Assembly (NCBI GenBank): GCA_964408085.1
Contig: CAYOYB010000006.1
Location: 70,444-134,443 of the forward strand
DNA length: 64,000 nucleotides
DNA from: an uncultured Muribaculaceae bacterium
GTDB taxonomy: Bacteria > Bacillota_I > Bacilli_A > RF39 > UBA660
Direction: 5' to 3'
The first letter of the stretch is position 1, and each line of letters starts with the position of its first letter. A program made the translations under genes and the position numbers. Below are positions 30,088 to 39,926 of the stretch, in pieces. The notes below the pieces were generated by a model that was not told the DNA's origin, ran no database searches, and saw nothing but the letters and a program-made list of their open reading frames with translations.

Positions 30088-31365
30088 ATGATTATACTAA
30101 CAAATAAATTATTATGGGCAGTAGCATCCTCTCTCATTATTATATCTAGTATTTATTTTTCTTTAAAATTTAAGTTTATACAGTTAAATATTAAAAAAAT
30201 TTTAAAGAGTACTTTTATTAGTGATAAAAAAGAAAAAGGGTTAAGTCCCCTTTCAACTTTAATGTTAACCTTAGCTGGTAAAATTGGTGTTGGTAGTATT
30301 GCAGGTGTTGCTCTTGCTATTTATATAGGTGGTCCTGGAACAATTTTTTGGATGTGGATAATGGCCTTAATATCAGCATCTAACACTTTTGCCGAAACTT
30401 ATATTGGTATTCTCTATAAGGAAAAAGATGAAGATAATATTTATAAAGGTGGTCCCAGCTATTATATAAAAAATGGTTTAAATAAAAAAAATCTCGCTAT
30501 TTTTTGTGCTATCCTAATAATTATTTGTTATTTAGTTGGTTTTATTCCAATTCAAGCTAACACAATAACCAAATCAATCAACGAAATTATAATAATTAAC
30601 CCTATTATTATTGGTTTAATTTTATGTAGTTTTTCTGCCCTTATCATTTTTGGTGGCATAAAAAAAATAAGTAATGTTTCTAACAAAATAGTACCTGCTA
30701 TGACGCTTTTATATTTACTAGTTGCAGGTATAATTGTTATAAAAAACATTACTATGATTCCTAATATTTTGTTAACTATCTTAAAAGATGCTTTTAATTT
30801 TAAACCTTTTTTTACAGGTTTTATGTCTACATTAATAATTGGTATTCAAAGAGGAATATTTGCTAATGAATCAGGTTTAGGAACAGGTAGTATTGCTTCA
30901 TCAACTACCTCTGATAATGACCCAATAAAAACTGGTTATGTTCAAATGTTAGGGATTTATATTACCACTCTACTCATTTGTACATCAACAGCTTTAATTA
31001 TTATGACATCTAATTATAATATGATAAATTTTACAGATATTAATGGTATTGAAATAACGCAATATGCTTTTACTTATCATCTAGGTAATATTGGTAATAT
31101 TATAATTTTTATTTCTATTTTATTTTTTGCTTTTTCAACTATTTTAACAGGTTATTATTATATAGAGTCAAACCTTAAATTTTTCAAATCAAAAATTAGT
31201 CATAAACAATTAATAATTATAAAAGCTATCACTATAATATTTTTATTTATTGGTTGTATTATTTCATCAGAACAACTTTGGGATATAGTTGACTGTCTTG
31301 TAGCAATGCTTGCTATTATAAATATTTATGCTTTAGTAAAATTACGCCATAAAATTAAAATTTAA
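30088..31365 (+). CDS. Alanine/glycine:cation symporter (AGCS family)
   Basis: The ATG at 30088 has an AAGGAG RBS. GKIGVGSIAGVALAIYIGGPGTIFWMWIMALISASNTFAE is the AGCS signature region. About 11 TM helices. Confidence 0.85.
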   Translation: MIILTNKLLWAVASSLIIISSIYFSLKFKFIQLNIKKILKSTFISDKKEKGLSPLSTLMLTLAGKIGVGSIAGVALAIYIGGPGTIFWMWIMALISASNTFAETYIGILYKEKDEDNIYKGGPSYYIKNGLNKKNLAIFCAILIIICYLVGFIPIQANTITKSINEIIIINPIIIGLILCSFSALIIFGGIKKISNVSNKIVPAMTLLYLLVAGIIVIKNITMIPNILLTILKDAFNFKPFFTGFMSTLIIGIQRGIFANESGLGTGSIASSTTSDNDPIKTGYVQMLGIYITTLLICTSTALIIMTSNYNMINFTDINGIEITQYAFTYHLGNIGNIIIFISILFFAFSTILTGYYYIESNLKFFKSKISHKQLIIIKAITIIFLFIGCIISSEQLWDIVDCLVAMLAIINIYALVKLRHKIKI

Positions 31366-32461
31366 TCTTCTCTATTTTTTGAAAATAAATTATTTTTAAA
31401 ATCATTAGTACAATATTTTATTAAAAATTTAAATAAATCCATAATCATTGATTTTGTTTCTTTGTCTAAATTTTTAGTTTCTTTAATAATTTTAATCGTA
31501 TTATTAAATTTATCTAATTTATAATCTAACAAATTATTAATTCCTGCTCGATTACATATATCAAATAAAGCATCTACAAAGTGTTTTCTATCTATATCGT
31601 TATATTTATCTAGCCATTTAATAATACCATTATCTAATTCTTTACTCAAAAAACTTAATTTAGCAGGTACTAAGCAAGTTCCTTCTATTTTCCAGTTAGA
31701 TAAATCATGCGCAATTAAGCCCCTTTCATAAGAATAAACCACTTTGTAATTATCACTGTGTCTAAGTAATAATCCTACAAAACTATAATTAGGGATAATA
31801 TGCATTAACCTATTGTTTATTAATTTATATTGTTTTGATTCGATTTGTTCTTTTCTAAGTCCTGGTCCATCATTATTATAAATTTTGATGATTTTTTTTC
31901 GTTTCCAAAATTTACAATACATACTAGCTACAAGAGCTAAATTACCACCTTTAGAATGTCCACCAACAATAATATTTTTGCTTGATAACTTTATATTTTT
32001 ATTTAAATATTGGATTGCCAATTCTTGGGCTTTAACAGGAAATTTATAACAAAGTTCAAAATCTTCTTTCCAACCACTAATTAAATGATCTGTTCCTTCA
32101 AAAGAAATATAATTAGTATTTTCATTTATTTTAATGTTCATAGCGCAAAATTGCGTAACATCAGAAAAAATATACTCATAATTAGTAATAATTAAATCTT
32201 TATATCTAACTGTATCTTTTATTAAATTTAAAATTTTAACAGCTGTTTTTACAGCTATAATATTTTTTATTATTTGTGAGTTAGTGTGATTTTTAAAATA
32301 AATATCAGCAATTTCTTTTATAGTCAAGTTATTAACATCAGTATCAGCCCCAAAATCAACATATGATAATGCTGAAAAAATTAAATTATCAGCATCATTA
32401 AATGGTACTTCTGAAAAAGATAGATTACCATAATTGCTTATATAATTAAAAATATTTTTCA

Positions 32462-32462
<1 letters not shown>
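31362..32462 (-). CDS. DUF2974 (Mbeg1-like) alpha/beta-hydrolase-fold protein
   Basis: The N-terminus NYISNYGNLSFSEVPFNDADNLIFSALSY and the nucleophile elbow VGGHSKGGNLA match the layout typical of DUF2974. Confidence 0.6.
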
Positions 32463-33589
<1,127 letters not shown>

Positions 33590-33716
33590 TCACCTTCATA
33601 ATGAAAATTATATATTATTTTTCCTTAAATAGCAAATTTTAACAAAGATAAATTTTAATGTTGACTTTTTTATTATTTATATTATAATATTACAAGTAAA
33701 AAAAGGGGAAAAGAAA

Positions 33717-34349
33717 ATGGAAAATAAATTATTTGGTGCTAGTGAATTAAGTACAATTAACACTGAAAGATTAGTAGAAATAAAAAATTATGCCTTAATT
33801 GAATATAATAGATATATATATAGAACTAAGCCTCATAATCATACATTTCATCACATGATAAATTATAATTCAAAGTCGCAAATATTTTTAAATTTAAATA
33901 GTGGAATTACTCTAACATTAGAAAATTATATGGAATATAAAGCAAATACTAAAGACTTTCCACTTAATAATGATATTGAAAAAATCTTTTTTATGTGTAA
34001 TGGTGTCTTTCCAAATGATGAAAAATTCTTAAATATATTAAAACAATATGATTACTTAAACATGTTTGATGAATTTATTAGAGTGTATATTGATATAGAC
34101 GAAAAATACCGAGGCAATGAAAAACGCGCTAATATGCATAAATCTATGCAATATATAAATTTTATAAAATCTCATAAGAAAGAACTTATTGAGATTACAG
34201 AATATTTTTCTAGATTCCATTGTATAACTGATATACATTTAGTTATAAATAAGTTATTGCAAATATGTTATTTTAATCCTGAATTATATAATTCTTATGT
34301 AGAAACAGATGAAGACAAAAAAACTAACCAAAAAGTAAAAATGAGTTAG
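33717..34349 (+). CDS. Hypothetical protein (210 aa), copy 1 of a tandem paralog pair
   Basis: AAGGGGAA RBS and a TTGACT/TATAAT promoter. The first 16 aa and last ~125 aa are nearly identical to 34797-35453. The middle ~70 aa are unrelated. Confidence 0.55.
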   Translation: MENKLFGASELSTINTERLVEIKNYALIEYNRYIYRTKPHNHTFHHMINYNSKSQIFLNLNSGITLTLENYMEYKANTKDFPLNNDIEKIFFMCNGVFPNDEKFLNILKQYDYLNMFDEFIRVYIDIDEKYRGNEKRANMHKSMQYINFIKSHKKELIEITEYFSRFHCITDIHLVINKLLQICYFNPELYNSYVETDEDKKTNQKVKMS

Positions 34350-34440
34350 TTTTTTTAGTACAAGTATCTATAAAATATTTAAAAATTTTTTTACTAAAAT
34401 CTTGTATAGTTTCTATTACTCTATTGTCACTTCTAACCTA
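34346..34440 (-). pseudogene. Relic of the 3' end of the GATase gene (duplication junction)
   Basis: 34345-34440 aligns with 35449-35497 plus 35553-35608 (the 3' end of CDS 35450-36070), with a ~55-bp internal deletion. Confidence 0.8.
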
Positions 34441-34441
34441 T

Positions 34442-34672
34442 ATTGATAACTCTGGAGTAAAAAATAAAAATTTACCATCTATATCACTTTTAAATTTAAC
34501 GCCCTCTTCTACAAGTCTTTACTTATTAATGTGTAATAGTATTAATAGTTGCAAGTATCCAAATTAGCATAAACATTGGTGTTTCAAAACTCCCATGGTT
34601 AGTATATAAAATGCCATATTTTGCATTACACAATTTTTTAATAACTGATATTTTATCTCCATAGTTAGCCAC
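34442..34672 (-). pseudogene. Relic of the 5' end of tgt (duplication junction)
   Basis: 34442-34513 aligns with 33189-33261, and 34514-34672 aligns with about 33434-33583. Roughly 170 bp is deleted, and a 1-nt deletion frameshifts the ORF after codon 9 (MEIKYQLLKNCVMQ...C*). Confidence 0.85.
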
Positions 34673-34796
34673 CTTCATAATGAAAACTATATATTAATTT
34701 TCCTTAAATAGCAAATTTTAATAAAGATAAATTTTAATGTTGACTTTTTTATTATTTATATTATAATATTACAAGAAAAAAAGGGGCGAAAATAGT

Positions 34797-35453
34797 ATGG
34801 AAAATAAATTATTTGGAGCTAGTGAATTAAGTACAATTAACATAGAAAGATTAAATAAGATAAAACAATATGCACTATATGAATATCAAACCTATATGAA
34901 TCCAAGTATCAATTTACCACTTAGCTTTACCAAAGTAACTAAAACTGCTTCAGCACATAAAATCGCTGGAAATAAACCTGCTGTTCCAAATATTAAGCCT
35001 CATGTAAACATTTTACCATTAGAAAAATATTTATTAGATAAATCATCATCTAAAAGATTTCAACTTAATAACGATGTAGAAAAATGTTTCTTTATCTGTA
35101 GTGGTGTCTTTCTAGATGATGAAAAATTCTTAAACATATTAAAACAATATGATTACTTAAACGTGTTTGATGAATTTATTAGGGTGTATATTGATATAGA
35201 CGAAAAATACCAAGGCAATGAAAAACGCGCTAATATGCATAAATCTATGCAATATGCAAAATTTATAAAATCCAATAATGATAAGCTTATTAAACTTATG
35301 GCATATTTTTATAAATTTCATAAGATAAGTAAAATCAGTATAATTATAAATAAATTATTGCAAATATGTTATTTTAATCCTGAATTATATAATTCTTATG
35401 TAGAAACAGATGAAGATATAAAAACTAACCAAAAAACAAATAAAATTGGTTAG
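34797..35453 (+). CDS. Hypothetical protein (218 aa), copy 2 of the tandem paralog pair
   Basis: It has the same duplicated promoter/RBS block as copy 1 (34690-34796 aligns with 33600-33716). The C-terminal half is FLNILKQYDYLN(V/M)FDEFIRVYIDIDEKY...ICYFNPELYNSYVETDED. Confidence 0.55.
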   Translation: MENKLFGASELSTINIERLNKIKQYALYEYQTYMNPSINLPLSFTKVTKTASAHKIAGNKPAVPNIKPHVNILPLEKYLLDKSSSKRFQLNNDVEKCFFICSGVFLDDEKFLNILKQYDYLNVFDEFIRVYIDIDEKYQGNEKRANMHKSMQYAKFIKSNNDKLIKLMAYFYKFHKISKISIIINKLLQICYFNPELYNSYVETDEDIKTNQKTNKIG

Positions 35454-36070
35454 TCTTTTTTAGTACAAGTATCTATAAAGTATTTAAAAATTTTCTTACT
35501 ATAATCATCAAAATTAACCATATCTTCAGGATGCCATTCTACTCCTAAAAAAAATTTTTTACTAGAATCTTCTATAGCTTCTATTACTCCATCGTCACTT
35601 CTAGCCGATACAGTTAAATTAGGACCCTTAATTTCATAATTGTGGCGACTATTAATACTAATATTATACTCTCCTATTATATCAAAAAGTTTAGTATTTT
35701 TATAAATTGTAACATTATGTAATTTTAATTTATCTAAAGAATTATGAATATTAATTGTTGTTTCCTTTAAATTACCACCAAAAACCTCACCTATTGTTTG
35801 CATTCCTAAACAGATACCAAGTAATGGAATATCTAAATCATGACATTTTTTAATTAATTCATAATCAAAATCAGTTGCATTATTTCCACCTTGCAAAACA
35901 AAACCATCACATAAATTTAATAACTCTAAACTCAAACTATCGTTTATAATTCCTATTGTATGAGCGCCATACTGATTTAAAACTTTATAAACATTATTAT
36001 AAATAATTTGAACATTCTTTTCCATTATATTTTTATCTGGTCTTAAAACAACACCAATAATTGGTTTCAT
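35450..36070 (-). CDS. Class I glutamine amidotransferase-like / peptidase C26 (gamma-glutamyl hydrolase family)
   Basis: The start MKPIIGVV is the ATG at 36068-36070, with an AAGGAGAA RBS. Nucleophile motif LLGICLGMQ and LGVEWHPE. Confidence 0.8.
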   Translation of the reverse strand: MKPIIGVVLRPDKNIMEKNVQIIYNNVYKVLNQYGAHTIGIINDSLSLELLNLCDGFVLQGGNNATDFDYELIKKCHDLDIPLLGICLGMQTIGEVFGGNLKETTINIHNSLDKLKLHNVTIYKNTKLFDIIGEYNISINSRHNYEIKGPNLTVSARSDDGVIEAIEDSSKKFFLGVEWHPEDMVNFDDYSKKIFKYFIDTCTKKD

Positions 36071-36093
36071 AATTTCTCCTTTCAAAAAAATGA

Positions 36094-36321
36094 CTAGTCC
36101 ATATACTTAGTCATTGATTTCATCATTTGATTAACTTGTTTTTGGCTTGGTGTTCTACCCATCTGCGTCATCATCGCCTTAATCATTTGTTCATTTATAG
36201 GTGGATTCTTTTTCATGTATTTTTTCATATAATGACGTGCTACAAAAAATCCTATAACACCACCAGCTATTAAGCCAATTACAAATTTAAGTAAATCTAG
36301 AAAAAATTGTCCCCAATTCAT
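36094..36321 (-). CDS. yneF: UPF0154 family membrane protein YneF
   Basis: 75 aa. TM helix [18 protein letters not shown] followed by [32 protein letters not shown], the YneF signature. Confidence 0.85.
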   Translation of the reverse strand: MNWGQFFLDLLKFVIGLIAGGVIGFFVARHYMKKYMKKNPPINEQMIKAMMTQMGRTPSQKQVNQMMKSMTKYMD

Positions 36322-36397
36322 TTTATCATATCCTTCCTATAAACATTTTACTAAAATTAACCATTTTTTACAAGACCTATTTAATTATATTTAAAAC

Positions 36398-36838
36398 TTA
36401 AAGACAATATTCGTAATTAGGCTTACTAGTAGTATAATCACTTAACCAAAAATAATCATTATTAACAAAATCACAAACAAATATATTATTACTATACCAA
36501 CTAAAAATGCGTAAAGCATATGGAATATTACTATTTGTCTTAATAACAATGCAAGAGTGATTTACTTGAATACATGTTTTTTCTCTAGCATATACATCAT
36601 TAATAAAAAATTTATTATGATATTTTTTAATATATTTTTTACTTTTATTACTTAAATAATTGTCGATAATATCAGCATCAAAAACTTGACACAATTGATT
36701 ATATATAGAAATACCATAAATGAAATTTGTATTTTTCAATTTATAAATATTATCTAAAGTTACATATAATGTATGAGCATTATTTTTATAAACATTAGAA
36801 AAATCTTTTTTTATTATAAATAAATAATATTTACGCAT
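36398..36838 (-). CDS. sirA: SirA (YneE)-like sporulation inhibitor of replication
   Basis: The start MRKYYLFIIKKDFSNVYKNN is the ATG at 36836-36838, with a GGTGA RBS. Compare B. subtilis SirA MERHYYTYLIKEEFANHYFG. The position between tkt and yneF matches B. subtilis tkt-sirA-yneF. Confidence 0.6.
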   Translation of the reverse strand: MRKYYLFIIKKDFSNVYKNNAHTLYVTLDNIYKLKNTNFIYGISIYNQLCQVFDADIIDNYLSNKSKKYIKKYHNKFFINDVYAREKTCIQVNHSCIVIKTNSNIPYALRIFSWYSNNIFVCDFVNNDYFWLSDYTTSKPNYEYCL

Positions 36839-36895
36839 TTTATCACCATTTATATTATAATTAAACAATAATAAAAAAAATGTAGAAAAAAACAC

Positions 36896-38887
36896 TTATA
36901 AAAGTGTTTCCATTCTTTGTTTAATAACTGCATAATCAAAACCACAATATTTATGAACTTCATCACGTGTACCACTTACACCAAAAGTATTAACTGAAAA
37001 TATATAATCATGAGAAGTAGCAAATCTATCCCAACCTAAACTACTTCCTGCTTCAATAGTAAACGTTTTAATACCATTAGGTAAAATTTCTTCTTGATAA
37101 TCTTTAGATTGTTCCAAAAATAATGATACTTCTGGCATACTAACAATTCTAAGATCAAGTTGTTTATTAACAAAAAAATCTCTAGCTAAATTAATAGCTG
37201 TAAATAAATCAGAACCTGTTGCAATTATAATACCATCTAACTTATCTTTTTCTTTTCTAACAACATAAGCACCACGACTAACTAATTGAGGGTTTGTCGT
37301 TGGAAGTAATAAGACATCTTGCTTTGATAAAATTAAAGCACTAGGATGTTTACTGTCATTTAAAATTGAATGCCATGATCCAACTAATTCATGGGCATCA
37401 GCTGGGCGATATACTCGTAAATTAGGAATTGAACGAAGCATCGCTAATTGCTCTACTGGTTGATGAGTAGGACCATCTTGACCTATACCAATTGAATCAT
37501 GAGAAAAAATATAAGTTATAGGTAAATTCATTAAAGCAGACATTCTAATAGATGGTTTTAAATAATCAGAAAAAGCTAGCATTGTTGAACAAAATGGACG
37601 AAAGCCACATAAAGACATACCATTAATAATTCCACCCATCGCATGTTCACGAACACCAAAGGCAATATTCTTTCCATCATAATTCTCAAATGTAACAGCT
37701 GATTGAGAAGCTAAATATGTTTTAGTAGAATTTGCTAAATCGGCACTACCTCCAACAAAATTTGGTAACATCTTAGAAATTTCATCCATTATCTTCTGAT
37801 TAGTTACACGAGTAGATTCCTTTAAGTCTTTCTCAAAACGCCAATCAACATTAACTAAATTCAAATCTAAATTATGACTAAATAAATAATTTAAAGGAGC
37901 ACTTTCTCCACCTAAAAATTTATCAATATAAATTCGATAATTATTTGACCATAAAGTATATTTTTGACTTCCTCTGTCAGAAACCATTTTCATAAATTCT
38001 TTTCGAGCAGCTTCTGAATAATAGAATTCTTCCCTCTCAGATGTTCCCAAAGTCCTTTTTAAATTAAAAATAGCGTCATTTTTTGGAACATTACCATGAA
38101 CTTCAGATGTTCCTTGCCCTACTAAACCATTACCTATAATTGTTCTAATTTCAATCAATGTTGGTTTTGAAGAATTCTTAGCCTTTTTTATCGCACGATC
38201 TATATCTACTACACTATCACCATTTTTTACAAATTCATAATTCCAACCAATTGCTTTAAAACGATCAGCCATATTATCCATAAAAACACCATTAGTCTTT
38301 CCATCTAAACTAATGCCATTAGAATCATAAAGTACAATTAGATTATCTAAATGATAAGCGCCTGCAAAAGAAGCTGCTTCATAACTAATTCCTTCCATTA
38401 AATCTCCATCACCACATAATGCATAAACATTATAATCTAATAAAGCTGTTTCTACTTCAATAACGCTTTTTTTAGGAAAATAATATCTTTTCTTTAACAT
38501 CTTTTGTGATAATGCCATACCAACAGCAGCTGCTAAACCTTGTCCTAAAGGTCCAGTTGACATATCAACACCTGGTGTAGTTTTAAATTCTGGATGACCT
38601 GGTGTTTTAGAATTAGCGCGTCTAAAGTTTTTTAAATCATTAATTGTTAAATCAAGCCCTGCCATAAAAAGAGTTGCATACAAAAGTGCCGAACCATGAC
38701 CAGCTGATAATACAAAACGATCTCGACTAATCCAATTAGTGTCATTAATGCTAATATTCATATGACGAGAATATAAAGTATAAATAATAGGAGCAGCTCC
38801 TAAGGCAATTCCTGGATGGCCACTTCCAGCATGATTAATCATATCTATTGATAGCGACTTAATATTATTGATAATTTCTCTATCCAT
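36896..38887 (-). CDS. tkt: Transketolase
   Basis: 663 aa. SGHPGIALGAAPI and GDGDLMEGISYEA (TPP-binding), plus HDSIGIGQDGPTHQPVEQL. Confidence 0.97.
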   Translation of the reverse strand: MDREIINNIKSLSIDMINHAGSGHPGIALGAAPIIYTLYSRHMNISINDTNWISRDRFVLSAGHGSALLYATLFMAGLDLTINDLKNFRRANSKTPGHPEFKTTPGVDMSTGPLGQGLAAAVGMALSQKMLKKRYYFPKKSVIEVETALLDYNVYALCGDGDLMEGISYEAASFAGAYHLDNLIVLYDSNGISLDGKTNGVFMDNMADRFKAIGWNYEFVKNGDSVVDIDRAIKKAKNSSKPTLIEIRTIIGNGLVGQGTSEVHGNVPKNDAIFNLKRTLGTSEREEFYYSEAARKEFMKMVSDRGSQKYTLWSNNYRIYIDKFLGGESAPLNYLFSHNLDLNLVNVDWRFEKDLKESTRVTNQKIMDEISKMLPNFVGGSADLANSTKTYLASQSAVTFENYDGKNIAFGVREHAMGGIINGMSLCGFRPFCSTMLAFSDYLKPSIRMSALMNLPITYIFSHDSIGIGQDGPTHQPVEQLAMLRSIPNLRVYRPADAHELVGSWHSILNDSKHPSALILSKQDVLLLPTTNPQLVSRGAYVVRKEKDKLDGIIIATGSDLFTAINLARDFFVNKQLDLRIVSMPEVSLFLEQSKDYQEEILPNGIKTFTIEAGSSLGWDRFATSHDYIFSVNTFGVSGTRDEVHKYCGFDYAVIKQRMETLL

Positions 38888-38984
38888 ATATACCCCTCTA
38901 TTCTATATGATAAATATATTATAACAAAATTATCTAAAATATTAAATAGGAAATCAAAAAAATATAATCTTTAAATAAATAATA

Positions 38985-39131
38985 CTATTTTATGGTTTCA
39001 GCCATTATCAAAATATTATCAATATCATTATCACTTTCCATAGAATTTAAACTATTAGATGAAAGAACACCCATTACTATAATAAATAGAAAAAAACAAA
39101 TAATTCCTTTACTTTTTAATATTTCCATCAT
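38985..39131 (-). CDS. 48-aa single-pass membrane peptide divergent from lexA (candidate SOS-induced cell-division inhibitor, YneA/SosA analog)
   Basis: Not in the ORF track. GGAGG RBS (39139-43), 7 nt, then the ATG at 39129-39131. Hand translation: MMEILKSKGIICFFLFIIVMGVLSSNSLNSMESDNDIDNILIMAETIK*, with TAG at 38985-38987. The promoter overlaps a LexA box. Confidence 0.5.
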   Translation of the reverse strand: MMEILKSKGIICFFLFIIVMGVLSSNSLNSMESDNDIDNILIMAETIK

Positions 39132-39157
39132 TGTTATACCTCCTAATCACTATAACA

Positions 39158-39186
39158 ATGATAACACAAACATTAGTTCGTGTCAA
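39158..39186 (-). promoter_or_regulatory. Predicted promoter of the 48-aa peptide gene
   Basis: Minus strand reads TTGACA (39186-39181), a 17-nt spacer, TATCAT (39163-39158). The spacer contains LexA box 39167-39180. Confidence 0.5.
39167..39180. promoter_or_regulatory. LexA (Cheo-type) box 1
   Basis: CAAACATTAGTTCG is the reverse complement of CGAACTAATGTTTG. It fits the Gram-positive CGAAC-N4-GTTCG operator with one half-site change. Confidence 0.7.
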
Positions 39187-39205
39187 CGTTTTTTAACAAT
39201 ATTTA

Positions 39206-39219
39206 CGAACAATTGTTTG
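39206..39219. promoter_or_regulatory. LexA (Cheo-type) box 2, overlapping the lexA -35
   Basis: CGAACAATTGTTTG has the same CGAAC-N4-GTTTG architecture as box 1. It overlaps TTGACA at 39217-39222. Confidence 0.7.
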
Positions 39220-39245
39220 ACATTTTACAAAACATATGTTATTAT
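39217..39245 (+). promoter_or_regulatory. Predicted lexA promoter
   Basis: TTGACA (39217-39222), a 17-nt spacer, TATTAT (39240-39245). GGAGG RBS at 39261. Confidence 0.55.
39229..39242. promoter_or_regulatory. Possible weak third LexA box over the lexA -10
   Basis: AAAACATATGTTAT is a degenerate palindrome (AAAC-ATAT-GTTA). It overlaps the TATTAT -10 at 39240-39245. Confidence 0.3.
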
Positions 39246-39271
39246 TAAATTAGTAATAAAGGAGGTTTATT

Positions 39272-39889
39272 ATGATAGAGCTAACCAAAAGGCAAGAAGA
39301 AATTCTTGATTTCATAAAAACATTTATGGTAAAACATGGTTTTCCACCAACTATTAGAGAAATTGGCGAAGCATTAGGAATATCTTCACCAGCCACTATC
39401 CATGCACATTTAAAAAATCTTGAAACTAGAGGTGTAATTAGAAGAAATGATACCAAAAATCGTGCGATTGAACTTTTAGTAAAAAATGAATATGAACCAC
39501 AAAATGAATTAGTCATTGATGTCCCATTATTAGGTAAAATAACAGCTGGTAATCCAATTGAAGCTATTGAAAGACCTGATGAATTCTTTTCTTTACCTTC
39601 TTATTTAATACCAAATAATAAAGAAGTTTTTACTTTATTAGTAAATGGTACAAGTATGATTAATGCTGGAATTCTTGATGGTGATATTGTAATCGTTGAA
39701 AGAAAAAATACAGCTAGAAATGGTGAAATAGTAGTAGCAATGACTGATGAAAATGAAGTAACATTAAAAACTTTCTATAAAGAACAAAACCATTTTCGCT
39801 TACAACCAGAAAATGATACTATGGATCCAATAATTTTAGACAATGTAACTATTTTAGGTAAAGCTATTGGTTTATATAGAAAAATATAA
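39272..39889 (+). CDS. lexA: SOS repressor LexA
   Basis: MIELTKRQEEILDFIKTFMVKHGFPPTIREIGEALGISSPATIHAHLKNLE (wHTH), the cleavage region GKITAGNPIEAIE, and the S24 peptidase Ser/Lys (VNGTSMINAGI...LKTF). Confidence 0.96.
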   Translation: MIELTKRQEEILDFIKTFMVKHGFPPTIREIGEALGISSPATIHAHLKNLETRGVIRRNDTKNRAIELLVKNEYEPQNELVIDVPLLGKITAGNPIEAIERPDEFFSLPSYLIPNNKEVFTLLVNGTSMINAGILDGDIVIVERKNTARNGEIVVAMTDENEVTLKTFYKEQNHFRLQPENDTMDPIILDNVTILGKAIGLYRKI

Positions 39890-39926
39890 AAAAGAATGAA
39901 ATTTTTCATTCTTTTTTGCTATTATC

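Noticed and set aside
38992-39516. ORF 38992-39309 (+) and ORF 39250-39516 (-) around the lexA promoter
   Set aside because: The first runs through the intergenic operator region and into lexA out of frame. The second is antisense to lexA. Neither has an RBS. The real small gene here is the 48-aa minus-strand ORF at 38985-39131.
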